Source: an uncultured virus (IMG/VR IMGVR_UViG_3300038417_000443) (Duplodnaviria; Heunggongvirae; Uroviricota; Caudoviricetes). Taken from it: 64,000 nucleotides of DNA. The notes below the pieces were generated by a model. That model made no database searches. It saw only the letters and a list, made by a program, of their open reading frames with translations, and had not been told where the DNA came from. The translations under genes were made by a program, and so were the position numbers. The stretch is from the IMG/VR virus record IMGVR_UViG_3300038417_000443, one strand, 5' to 3'. Positions 8,706 to 17,781 of this stretch are shown here, one piece after another. Within the stretch, counting starts at the first letter, position 1, and every line of letters starts with the position of its first letter.

Positions 8706-11700
8706 ATGGCCGAAGACCTTGATCGAGCCCTAAGCGAATTTAATAGCGGAATATCTCCTCAAGTGCCAAAACCGGCTCTACCAGAAGAGATCTCTAAAAC
8801 CACTGCCCCCGAGGCGGGTGGAGGGATAAAAACGCCTTCTGGGGGTCGTAGTGACGATCTGGGAAGCGCCCTGGAGTCATTCAATAAGGGGTTAACCCCA
8901 GCTCCAGTCGAAAAGTCTGTCGGAATACCAGCAAAGAAGGGGTGGACAGAATCTCCTGCTGCCATGGGAATAGGCGGGCACATTGAGCGTGGATTTCAAA
9001 GAGCTCCTGAATTACTTCAAAAACTTGGTGACATTGCAAATAAGGCCCTTGGCCTACCAGAACGGTGGCATGTGGGCGGAGAAACACCTACTGAGGCCGC
9101 GATAAGAATTCTTGAGCCAAAACCAGAGCAAAAGGCTGGAATGGAAGAATTAGGAAAAACTCTTCCTGGAATGATTGCTGGGGGTGTTGCAGAAGCCCCA
9201 GGAGCGATCGCTCCATATATGATAGGTGGGGGCATAACCGCTGCATTAAAAATCCCTGGGCTCGCTGCAAGCATCCTAACGATGGCTGGAATCGGAGCTA
9301 CGGAAAGAGCAGACAGGGGTGTTGAAGCGGTTCTTAAAGGATTACCAGAAGATGTTATTATAGGTGGCATTTTTCATTATCTCGGACCAGCCTTTAAGAA
9401 AATTTTACCGGGGGGAACAACCACGGCTGGAGAAATTTTAGCGGAGGGTGGAACAGAAGTTACTCGTGGTGGGCAAACGAGAGTAGTTAAAGCGAGTGTT
9501 ATGGCCGCCATGTTTGGAGGCCAGACCCTATATGAAACCGGAGATATCAAGCAAGCAATATCCTCTGGATTTGTAGGAGCGTTATTGGGAGCTACCAGTG
9601 GCAAGAAAGGCGAAAGGGGAATTTATCCAACTAAATTATTAAGTGTTAGTGGGCAGAAAAAAGAAGAAACAAGAATTAAAAAGATAGAAGTTGCTCCAGG
9701 ATATGACGAAAGAGAACCAGGGGTAATGCCCGATCCTTCTGATTTTATAAAAAAACTTTATCCAAATTTAAGGGAGGGGGAAGATCTACAATATGACGAA
9801 GCGCATGTCCCTGATAAAATTCCAATGGGCGCGCTTATACACGAAATGGTTGAAGGCGAAACCGATATAATAAAGGCTCTTCAAATTAATCCCGAAGAAG
9901 GGTCTATTATTCTTGATCTTAAAAATGGAAACAGGGCTGAACTTAAACAAGACAAAAAAAATCAGCTCAATCTGATTGCGACAGAAGGACCAGACGGAAT
10001 CCGACACAAACGTTCCAATGAAATGACAGAAGAGGAAGCAAGAAAGTTTCTTGGCTTCCCCAAAAAAGAATATAGTGCCGAGGAAAGAAATAAAATAAAT
10101 ATTATCCCTGTTGAAAAAGTAACTAAAATTGATACAAAGGTTCCAGTAAAACAAGATATATTAAAACCCGAACCAGGGGGAAAGCCCTCGGAGACCCTCC
10201 TCCCTCCGACTTCCGTTCCCCCTGGGGAGGGTGTATTTAAAACAAGCGAAGAAGCACAAAGGGGCATCGATAAAAAAATAGATGAATTAACGGCAAAAGG
10301 TATGCCATTTGAAGAGGCAGCAAAACATCCGGAGGTTGAGAGACTTTTTAAACAAAGAGATTTAATAGATAAGAAAGATCTTGACACATGGAAGAACGCT
10401 ATTGCCAAAGACAGTGGTCTATCAAAAGATGAAACCAAAAAGGTTCTTAAATCCCTGGGAATTCCGGAGGGGGAAACAGGGGTTTATTTTACCGGAGAAA
10501 CCCTCAGAAACTGGGGAACCCAAACAGAGAAAAATCTTTCAAGACTTTATAATCATTTTTCAAGTGGAAAAGCTGACCAAACCATAGCAACATTTAGATG
10601 GGGTGGTACTGCTGACGAACCAATTTTGCAAGGAGCTTTAATTGAGGGAAGAGAATTTGGATGGGATGAAGAGGCGCTTAAAAAAACAGAGAAGGTGTTT
10701 AATGCAATTTCAAAGAGCCAAGGGTTAGATCCGATTGATTTAACAAAAATTCAAAAGAAATTACCTGGAGAGGGGTTAAAAAAAGCAAGAGCTGGAAGAG
10801 AAAAAATAGAGGATGGAGAAAAAAGCTTATCTCCAAAGCTCGTAAAGGGATTTATGGATATAGCCAAATCCCTTGGAGGGGTAGAGCTAAACGTTGAAGA
10901 AAGGGAACATATCCCTGGTGACGAGGAACAGATAAATGCTTTAATGCTTGATCATGGCATGTCGAGAACAGAAGCCGAGGGTGCCCTTATATATGGTCAG
11001 TATTCTCGGAACAGTCTTGGTTCTCTTGTTGAACTTGGAAAAGACGCTATCTCTAAAGCAAAAAATATCCCCGTAGAAGGAAGAAAAACAGCCATCCATG
11101 AGACCCTTCATTTCCTTGAAGATGTCAAGCTTATGCAATCCGAAAAGGATGCACTCAGACAATGGATGCCCAATGAAGAAAAAAGAATAGAGAAGCTTAC
11201 CGACATTATCCATAACGATCTCTACGGCGGAGCAAAAGCAATGCTCCCCGAATCAATTAGGAAAATAATAGTTAAACTGGAAAACTTTATTAAGGATTTT
11301 GGAAAATTTCTTAAGGGGGAAGGTTACGGAACAGAGGGCGTTGATAAAATAATAAGAGGCATTGAGACCGGAGAAATCGGGAAACGCAGGGCAAGAGAAA
11401 CTCCATTACCAGAAGTTCCTCGTGGGCCCGTACCTCTGGAGATCGACACCGCACGAGATCATATAATTAGGGCTCGTGTGGCAAAGGATGTCGAGAAAGA
11501 AATTAAAGATGATTTCGGGGGAGCTACCAAAACTATTGGAGGTGCCGTTGACGGATTAAAAAGATTATTCGCTCCTGGGGCAAGGGGAGAAAGTGCTCAG
11601 AGAACTGCGGTTGTTCTTGGTAAGAATGTTGCCGAGATGGAGAGGAACCTTGACATCTACGACAAGGGTATGGAGAAGGCCGAGGGTGCCTTTGATAAGA

Positions 11701-13970
11701 TGACCATAGAAAAACATTATACCTTTAGCCAGGCGGCAAGTTCTGGGGGTAAACAGGCTACCCCAGAATTAGATGTGCTAAGAAAACAATTTAAAGAAAT
11801 TTCTGACGCAAAGGCAAAAAGGATTAATGACCTGGACCCAGAGGAAGGGCTGTTAAAGGTAAGAGAGAATTATTGGCCCGGTGCTGACAATGCTGCATAT
11901 CAAGCCAAGAAGGGCGCTGAAATTAAAAACCTTCCTCCAACCAGAATTTTTGAGCCAACAGGTTTTATGAAGGCGAAAGACTTTCAAGAATTTAATGATA
12001 TGCTTGCAGCAGGTTATGAACCAACCGATTCTAATCCTGTTAGGCAATTTAGAACAAAAATGATGGAATGGGATAAATTTATTTATACCCATGAAGCTCT
12101 CCAACAGTTGGAGAGAACCGGGGATGCCGTCAAGATTGGATCAGGAGAAAATGTTCAGCCCGGGTGGGAAGCCATGCCTCCTCCGTATGGAGTAACTAAA
12201 ACAGGCCGGTATGTAATGACCGATCAGGCTGCCCAAGTATTTAAAAATTGGTTGTCAAGGCCTCTTGCCAGTAGCAAATATTTTGGAGACCTCTATCGAA
12301 CATATATGACGACCAGCACAGCCCTACAAAGATTTCAATTGTTCGGATTTTTCCATGGAGGATTCGTAACGGCAGAGTCGGTTATTTCACGCGGGGCTCT
12401 TGCCCAGAAACAGGCATACAGGCTTCTTTCTCATCCGGAAGAAATGGGCACATTCCTAAAGACGGCAGCCTCCGTTCCGTTGGCCCCTTGGTCGAAGTAT
12501 AAAATCGGAAGAGAAATCGCAAAAGAATGGGCATCTCCGGGCACATCCACAGATCCAAGAGTAATTAGCGCTGTCGATAATATAATGCGAGCTGGTGGTG
12601 GAATATCCCAAGAGAAGATGTTCACCAATTACTGGACCGAAAGCATGAAAAAAGACTTCAGAGAAGGTAAAAATATCAAGGGGGCAATGAGATCTCCATT
12701 TGCAGCGATGGAAATAATAATGAAGCCGCTCATGCAGAGTTATGTTCCGAATCTTAAGCTGGGGGCATTTGAAGAATTATCCGCCGAACTACAGAGGGTA
12801 AAACCAGGCCTATCAGAAGAAGTGTACAATTCCGAAATGAGACAAATCTGGAACAGAATAGATGACAGATTGGGGCAGGTTCGTTGGCAGCGTATATTTA
12901 TGAATAACAGCACAAAGAATCTGGTTCAAATGCTGATTAGGGCTCCTGGATGGACTGGTGGAACGATCATGGAAATAGGTGGAGCACCAATAGATGCGTT
13001 TAAATTTATAAAAGATTGGCACAAAACCGGAAAGATGCCTGAGACCATGCCTGATAGGGTTGCTTACGTATTATCGTTGGCAGTTACCACGATGGCTACC
13101 AATGCCGCATTGACTTGTCTATTTGCTAAAAAAACCCCGAATGAGCTTACCACAGAGGACTACATGGCTTTCCAGACGGGGGATATCGATGAGCGGGGTA
13201 AACCGCTAAGAGGAATGTTGCCTCTTTATTCAAAAGATGTTTACGCTTATCTTAAGGCCCCCATGAGCACAATCTGGCATAAGACAAATCCGATTATTGG
13301 ATTGATCTATGAATTGGGAAAAAATAAAGATTATTACGGAACTGGAATAATCGATCCAACAAAAGGACAGGGAGAAAAAATAGGGGAGATCGGAAAATAT
13401 TTGGCAAAGGCGTTTATTCCTTTTGGTGAGAGAGGAAGAGAAAAAATAGCAGAGGAGAGAGGAACAACTGTAACCGGAACCCTTATGCCTGCGGTTGGTA
13501 TTATGCCTGCTCCTTCATACTTTAGCCAAAGCAAGGCAACCCAGAAAGCGCTCGAATTTGGGGCCCTAAAAATGCCCACCGGAGGTCGCACCCAAGAAGA
13601 GTATGAACGTAATCGGTTGTTGAACGGACACGTTAAAAGATATTTATCGGCTATGGCTAAGGGTGAACCAGTAGAAGAAGTTCTAACAAAACTCGGGGAA
13701 GATGTCCAGTCTGGTAAGCTAAAACAGCAGGACGTAATGAAGTTTAAAACAAAGATAAAGGGACAATCCCTTGAGTCCAGTGTATCCAGACTATCTATAG
13801 ACCAGGCCATGGCTGTGTGGAGAGTTGCGACCGACGAAGAGAAACGAAAGATTGTTCCTTTAATCTTTAAAAAATATCGTAACCTTAAAGATCCAAGAGA
13901 CAGGCAGGAATATGCTTCGGCGATGGAGAAAATCTCAAATGACTTATCGAAAATATATAATTTAGAATAG
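8706..13970 (+). CDS. Large internal virion / polyvalent DNA-ejection protein
   Basis: 1754 aa; Gly/Ala-rich hydrophobic N-terminal segment, central AIHETLH (HExxH), helical C-terminal region; position typical of podophage ejection proteins. Confidence 0.65.
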   Translation: MAEDLDRALSEFNSGISPQVPKPALPEEISKTTAPEAGGGIKTPSGGRSDDLGSALESFNKGLTPAPVEKSVGIPAKKGWTESPAAMGIGGHIERGFQRAPELLQKLGDIANKALGLPERWHVGGETPTEAAIRILEPKPEQKAGMEELGKTLPGMIAGGVAEAPGAIAPYMIGGGITAALKIPGLAASILTMAGIGATERADRGVEAVLKGLPEDVIIGGIFHYLGPAFKKILPGGTTTAGEILAEGGTEVTRGGQTRVVKASVMAAMFGGQTLYETGDIKQAISSGFVGALLGATSGKKGERGIYPTKLLSVSGQKKEETRIKKIEVAPGYDEREPGVMPDPSDFIKKLYPNLREGEDLQYDEAHVPDKIPMGALIHEMVEGETDIIKALQINPEEGSIILDLKNGNRAELKQDKKNQLNLIATEGPDGIRHKRSNEMTEEEARKFLGFPKKEYSAEERNKINIIPVEKVTKIDTKVPVKQDILKPEPGGKPSETLLPPTSVPPGEGVFKTSEEAQRGIDKKIDELTAKGMPFEEAAKHPEVERLFKQRDLIDKKDLDTWKNAIAKDSGLSKDETKKVLKSLGIPEGETGVYFTGETLRNWGTQTEKNLSRLYNHFSSGKADQTIATFRWGGTADEPILQGALIEGREFGWDEEALKKTEKVFNAISKSQGLDPIDLTKIQKKLPGEGLKKARAGREKIEDGEKSLSPKLVKGFMDIAKSLGGVELNVEEREHIPGDEEQINALMLDHGMSRTEAEGALIYGQYSRNSLGSLVELGKDAISKAKNIPVEGRKTAIHETLHFLEDVKLMQSEKDALRQWMPNEEKRIEKLTDIIHNDLYGGAKAMLPESIRKIIVKLENFIKDFGKFLKGEGYGTEGVDKIIRGIETGEIGKRRARETPLPEVPRGPVPLEIDTARDHIIRARVAKDVEKEIKDDFGGATKTIGGAVDGLKRLFAPGARGESAQRTAVVLGKNVAEMERNLDIYDKGMEKAEGAFDKMTIEKHYTFSQAASSGGKQATPELDVLRKQFKEISDAKAKRINDLDPEEGLLKVRENYWPGADNAAYQAKKGAEIKNLPPTRIFEPTGFMKAKDFQEFNDMLAAGYEPTDSNPVRQFRTKMMEWDKFIYTHEALQQLERTGDAVKIGSGENVQPGWEAMPPPYGVTKTGRYVMTDQAAQVFKNWLSRPLASSKYFGDLYRTYMTTSTALQRFQLFGFFHGGFVTAESVISRGALAQKQAYRLLSHPEEMGTFLKTAASVPLAPWSKYKIGREIAKEWASPGTSTDPRVISAVDNIMRAGGGISQEKMFTNYWTESMKKDFREGKNIKGAMRSPFAAMEIIMKPLMQSYVPNLKLGAFEELSAELQRVKPGLSEEVYNSEMRQIWNRIDDRLGQVRWQRIFMNNSTKNLVQMLIRAPGWTGGTIMEIGGAPIDAFKFIKDWHKTGKMPETMPDRVAYVLSLAVTTMATNAALTCLFAKKTPNELTTEDYMAFQTGDIDERGKPLRGMLPLYSKDVYAYLKAPMSTIWHKTNPIIGLIYELGKNKDYYGTGIIDPTKGQGEKIGEIGKYLAKAFIPFGERGREKIAEERGTTVTGTLMPAVGIMPAPSYFSQSKATQKALEFGALKMPTGGRTQEEYERNRLLNGHVKRYLSAMAKGEPVEEVLTKLGEDVQSGKLKQQDVMKFKTKIKGQSLESSVSRLSIDQAMAVWRVATDEEKRKIVPLIFKKYRNLKDPRDRQEYASAMEKISNDLSKIYNLE

Positions 13971-13978
13971 GAGAACAT

Positions 13979-14287
13979 ATGTCCATAATACCGGAATGGG
14001 TATGGATGATTATAGTGGGTACAGTTATTATTGGATTAATTAAGGCTTTGTGGGGCTCACGGAACAAAGGGATTCTTTCAATAAGAGATCACATAGATTT
14101 ATGCTTAAAGGCAAGGGAGGCGATAGGCGTGGACATAGATAGAATTACAAAATCTTTTAGCGAGGCTCTCATAACCCATTCTAAAAACATGACCGATCTT
14201 TTAAATAGTAAATTTGATAGCTTGGATGACAAAATAGAAAATAAAATCTTTAAACAGATTCGTTCTATGAAAAACGGAAGGGCTTAA
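13979..14287 (+). CDS. Small membrane protein
   Basis: N-terminal TM segment (WVWMIIVGTVIIGLIKALW) plus coiled coil; last rightward gene. Confidence 0.5.
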   Translation: MSIIPEWVWMIIVGTVIIGLIKALWGSRNKGILSIRDHIDLCLKAREAIGVDIDRITKSFSEALITHSKNMTDLLNSKFDSLDDKIENKIFKQIRSMKNGRA

Positions 14288-14373
14288 AAAATAAAAGCTG
14301 GTAAAAAATAGTCAGATATTCTCCGGCGGAAATCCTTCTTCAAGAAAATCTGGATCTGGAAAGTCTTCGTAAA

Positions 14374-14589
14374 TCATTTCCCCTCCTCCAACTCCTTTAC
14401 CCGTTCCCAAAGTGCAAAAACCTCTCCTCTCTCAATTCTGTAACGCTCTTTCCAGTAAAGAGCGTTATCTTCCAACTCCTTAATTCTGGAGAGGAGATCA
14501 TTGTTTTCTTTAACGATCCCCTGAACGTATGCAGATGATACCAATAATCTTTCTCCATCTTTTATCTTCTCATCCATCTCTTGAGTCAT
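14374..14589 (-). CDS. Hypothetical coiled-coil protein
   Basis: SD AGGAGG; RIKELE and RVKELE repeats. Confidence 0.5.
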   Translation of the reverse strand: MTQEMDEKIKDGERLLVSSAYVQGIVKENNDLLSRIKELEDNALYWKERYRIERGEVFALWERVKELEEGK

Positions 14590-14721
14590 CTTGGCCTCCT
14601 AATCATACTCTGCGTATCCACATTTTATACAGAAGAAAAAATAATGCATGGTTTCAAAGTTAATCTGTTGGATTAGAACACTAAATCCACATTGAGGACA
14701 GGATTTAATAACCGACACTTT

Positions 14722-14909
14722 CCCTCCTAAAGGCGGCCAATGGGCTATTTCTCAATGTTATCTGTTTCTGCATCTATTTCTTCCCACGATATAAAGTGTG
14801 GGCAATTGCATTGTGTACATCCTAAAGCCCAATGTTCTTTGTCCAAATGTCCACAGCCACAGATTTCTTTTGGATCAATCATCTTCCCCTCCTTAGGCGG
14901 CCAATGGGC
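14722..14909. repeat. Direct repeat (15-bp identical core AGGCGGCCAATGGGC plus adjacent SD) flanking a small gene
   Basis: Identical cores at 14731-14745 and 14895-14909, each next to CCCTCCT (AGGAGGG on the minus strand). Confidence 0.85.
14745..14882 (-). CDS. Small Cys/His metal-binding protein
   Basis: MIDPKEICGCGHLDKEHWALGCTQCNCPHF..., SD AAGGAGGGG upstream; the longer ORF-track start is unlikely. Confidence 0.55.
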   Translation of the reverse strand: MIDPKEICGCGHLDKEHWALGCTQCNCPHFISWEEIDAETDNIEK

Positions 14910-14999
14910 AGGATTTGAACCTACTGACCTCGTTATTTGTTTCCGGTCATCTTGGCTTGCACCCATCCATATAGAACGGGAATTCGCCACCATTGGCCG
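14895..14999 (-). ncRNA. tRNA-like RNA / pseudo-tRNA with no canonical anticodon arm
   Basis: 10-bp closing stem CGGCCAATGG/CCATTGGCCG; T-arm GTAGG-TTCAAAT-CCTGC; D-like TGGC/GCCA with an inserted hairpin; TGACC/GGTCA arm with a 15-nt loop. Confidence 0.6.
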
Positions 15000-15006
15000 A
15001 CATATC

Positions 15007-15630
15007 TTATTTTTCCCATAATAATCTTGTTTCTTTTTTTTCCAATTTAATAAGATAATAAGTAATTTGGAACTGAGGATCTGCGGTATTAACCGCAATT
15101 GCTGGCATAATAGATGCATTGGAGCCATAAGCGAGGGGATTAATTCCACCTCCAAAACCAGACACGGTGCCACCACCTCCACTACCCGCCCCAATTGTTC
15201 TTGAAGACATTTTTAGGGTAACATCGAAACGCACCTGATCATAAGTTTTTGCCCCAAGTTTTTTCATGGCACTTGGGAGACGATCTAAAACTTCTTGCTT
15301 AACATCCTCTAAGCGGATTCTGTCAAAAATGTTTCCGTTATAAGTAATCGACTTAACTACCAAGTCTTTGGTTTTATCGTATGCATCAATGATATCATAC
15401 CTTGGCATATCCTTCGTAACATCCGCAATTACTCCCGGAATCATTTGAAGTAAATAGGGATAAATGGGCTGGGGTTGCATAGGGATTGATGGACTTATTG
15501 TGGTAACGCTTACCCCTCCGGTTACGGCCACAGATCCCGACTCGGATTTAGACACAGCCAGGTCATTAGCAAAAACCGTTCCTCCTGTTAAAATAAAAAC
15601 TATAGCCAATACTGCTAAAATCTTTTTCAT
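15007..15630 (-). CDS. Exported protein of unknown function
   Basis: SD AGGAGGAGG then signal peptide MKKILAVLAIVFILTGGTVFA. Confidence 0.6.
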   Translation of the reverse strand: MKKILAVLAIVFILTGGTVFANDLAVSKSESGSVAVTGGVSVTTISPSIPMQPQPIYPYLLQMIPGVIADVTKDMPRYDIIDAYDKTKDLVVKSITYNGNIFDRIRLEDVKQEVLDRLPSAMKKLGAKTYDQVRFDVTLKMSSRTIGAGSGGGGTVSGFGGGINPLAYGSNASIMPAIAVNTADPQFQITYYLIKLEKKETRLLWEK

Positions 15631-15642
15631 ACCTCCTCCTTT

Positions 15643-15674
15643 AAAAAACGGGAAGGGGGTCAACCCCCCTTCCC
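15643..15674 (-). terminator. Rho-independent terminator
   Basis: GGGAAGGGGG/CCCCCTTCCC hairpin followed by GTTTTTT on the minus strand. Confidence 0.7.
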
Positions 15675-15686
15675 TAATTGGATAAA

Positions 15687-16010
15687 TTACTTTGTGATAG
15701 TGGCGGAGCCATAACCACTCTGGAAGCCTTGAACGTAACCACCAATTGCAAACCCAAATGTTCCACCCGTAGAAAATGCATTTGTAGTTACCGTGACCTG
15801 CTTGTTCCCACCGCTTCCTGTAGTTGAGGAAGTATACCCTGCGGTTGCCAAATTCCGAGATCCTTCAATTGCGAAGGACCCACCGTTTCCATAATTCCAG
15901 GACGTAACCTGCACCGATGAGGTAGAACCAACATTAATAACCTTAGATCCCGCAAAAGCCGGCACTGCCAAGAACACTAACAACATCGCAATCAATAAAA
16001 TCTTCTTCAT
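15687..16010 (-). CDS. Exported Gly/Ser/Thr-rich small protein
   Basis: Signal peptide MKKILLIAMLLVFLAVPAFA; SD AGGAGGT. Confidence 0.6.
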   Translation of the reverse strand: MKKILLIAMLLVFLAVPAFAGSKVINVGSTSSVQVTSWNYGNGGSFAIEGSRNLATAGYTSSTTGSGGNKQVTVTTNAFSTGGTFGFAIGGYVQGFQSGYGSATITK

Positions 16011-16096
16011 AACCCTACCTCCTATGAAATTTTATTATAGGATTTGTCTCAATATCCGATAACCATAGGGGTATACGGGTTAATTCGGTCCATCTG

Positions 16097-16372
16097 CTAT
16101 TCGGTGCCCTTGTCAATTTTTATCACCCCCCTCGGTATAATGTGTTCTCCCAAAATAAGATCGGAAAGAAAATCATCGTGTCCACCAAGCGTTAGCCATT
16201 TTTTATACACCTTTTCCATAACCATTCTTGCTTCTCGGCTTGGAAACCATGCCCAATAAGCACCTTGTCCCTTTCCCACCCTAATTAATCGTGGCGCCGG
16301 TAGATTAAGGAACCATCGGTAAATCTGTTCACGGTCAGCTTGTTCTACCTGATCCATGGTTGGATAATCCAT
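16097..16372 (-). CDS. Hypothetical protein
   Basis: Tightly packed in the leftward operon. Confidence 0.45.
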   Translation of the reverse strand: MDYPTMDQVEQADREQIYRWFLNLPAPRLIRVGKGQGAYWAWFPSREARMVMEKVYKKWLTLGGHDDFLSDLILGEHIIPRGVIKIDKGTE

Positions 16373-16373
16373 A

Positions 16374-17123
16374 TCACTCCCAGTCCCATTTTAGTTTTTC
16401 TCGAATTTTTTCGCCTTTACGAATACCTATTTCTTCGGTCTTGATCCTACCAAAAATATCCAATCCATGTTTATTCAGGGTTCTTTCTAAAAGCTGTACC
16501 AAAGAAACTTCCGTACAATTTGGAATAATCAACCTCTCGCCCCTCCAATAACCGTCCCATATCTGTTTTGCTGCATCGTCGGTATCGATAACAAATCTGA
16601 TCATTTTGCGATCTGTTATTTTTATTGGCCTACCCTCCCTGATTGCCTTTTCCCATATGGGGATCACGGAGCCACTTGAATTTAAGAAATTTCCACAACG
16701 GGCAATATATCCGTCGTACCCCCTGGCTAAATATTCCCCTATGGCCTTTGTCATCCCATATAAATTAATTGGTTCCACAGCCTTATCGGAAGAAATAAAA
16801 ATAATTTCAACTTGATTTTCGTAAGCTTCAGAAAATAATTGTCTCGTCTTAATAATATTATTATCAATGAATGAATCGATGTTCTCTTCCCCCAGTGGTA
16901 GGTGTTTGAAGGCCGCGCAATGCACGACCACATGACACGGATATCGGTTATATCGCCACTCGCTAAAATCTGACAAATGTACTTTTACCGTGGGGAAGTC
17001 TTCTTTAAATTCAGCCACAGCCCACTCGTTATTATCGTAACCTATTATTTCATGTTCTCCGACAAGAAGCTTGGTAAACGCTCTACCAAGGGAGCCCGCA
17101 ATACCGGTGATAAGTATTATCAT
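16374..17123 (-). CDS. UDP-sugar 4,6-dehydratase-like protein (CapD/PseB, Polysacc_synt_2 family)
   Basis: TGIAGSLG, HCAAFKH, ISSDKAVEP..YGMTK, RCGNFLNSSGSVIP and GIRKGEK motifs; ATG at 17123 with SD GGAGGGG. Confidence 0.85.
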   Translation of the reverse strand: MIILITGIAGSLGRAFTKLLVGEHEIIGYDNNEWAVAEFKEDFPTVKVHLSDFSEWRYNRYPCHVVVHCAAFKHLPLGEENIDSFIDNNIIKTRQLFSEAYENQVEIIFISSDKAVEPINLYGMTKAIGEYLARGYDGYIARCGNFLNSSGSVIPIWEKAIREGRPIKITDRKMIRFVIDTDDAAKQIWDGYWRGERLIIPNCTEVSLVQLLERTLNKHGLDIFGRIKTEEIGIRKGEKIREKLKWDWE

Positions 17124-17314
17124 ATCCCCTCCGTAATTTCTGTTATCCGAAGAATAGGCCATGCTGGCTGCATAGCCCTGGATGAGTAGAATTTTACGAA
17201 ATCTGATATCTGCCAATTTATTAATAGGATTCCGTCGGTTGTATAAGCAATAAAATATTCACCCTTAACTGGTATCCTAATTTCACCCGTTTCTTCTACC
17301 AACCATTTTCTCAT
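17120..17314 (-). CDS. Hypothetical protein, paralog of 37373-37612
   Basis: MRKWLVEETGEIR...PILRITEI; ATGA coupling at both ends. Confidence 0.6.
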   Translation of the reverse strand: MRKWLVEETGEIRIPVKGEYFIAYTTDGILLINWQISDFVKFYSSRAMQPAWPILRITEITEGI

Positions 17315-17402
17315 AGTTTTCCCATTAAGTATCCTAACATAATTGAAATGAGGATAGCCAATAATAGCCAAAATGGGTGGTGTGGATCTAAGGGTTTCAT
17401 TA

Positions 17403-17771
17403 TTAAACCATAAGACATTTTTTTATTTGAGCTTGTCTTCTCGGAGAAAGCAGTTGGTAAATAGTCATTAAAAAACCTCTCGCTCTTGATCCAGAAGAAA
17501 GCCATATAGAGCACCCACTTTTATGCGGAGGCGGAATGCTTCCTCCAAATAAAGATCTTAGTCTTTCCAGTATCCATCTGTCTTTTTGAGATACCAGCGC
17601 TTCTATCGATCTCCTCGAATAATGACAACTTCCCTCCCCCTCATAAATCCCAGCGGCCCAGTAAATATCTTTCATGGCTGGGTGAGCAGATGGACTTGAT
17701 CCGGGTTTTATTCTTCCCGTGTTTATTTTTGCAAGTTTTTTTAAATGATTTAATTGATTGATGGTTGACAC
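17403..17771 (-). CDS. Free-standing single-motif LAGLIDADG homing endonuclease
   Basis: WAAGIYEGEGS motif then VSQKD..IL.RL...FGG; likely GTG start at 17771. Confidence 0.8.
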   Translation of the reverse strand: MSTINQLNHLKKLAKINTGRIKPGSSPSAHPAMKDIYWAAGIYEGEGSCHYSRRSIEALVSQKDRWILERLRSLFGGSIPPPHKSGCSIWLSSGSRARGFLMTIYQLLSPRRQAQIKKCLMV

Positions 17772-17781
17772 TATTGTTCCC

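Noticed and set aside
13334..13978. Long antisense ORFs (also 57786-58589, 63254-63916, 9962-10438)
   Set aside because: Shadows of well-supported plus-strand genes, with no motifs.
15103..15118. TGGCAT-N5-ATGCA sigma54-like motif
   Set aside because: Inside a coding region on the antisense strand with no downstream gene; likely chance.
17403..17781. Group I intron around the second LAGLIDADG gene
   Set aside because: Flanking genes look complete, there is no room for a ribozyme core, and no P7 elements were found.
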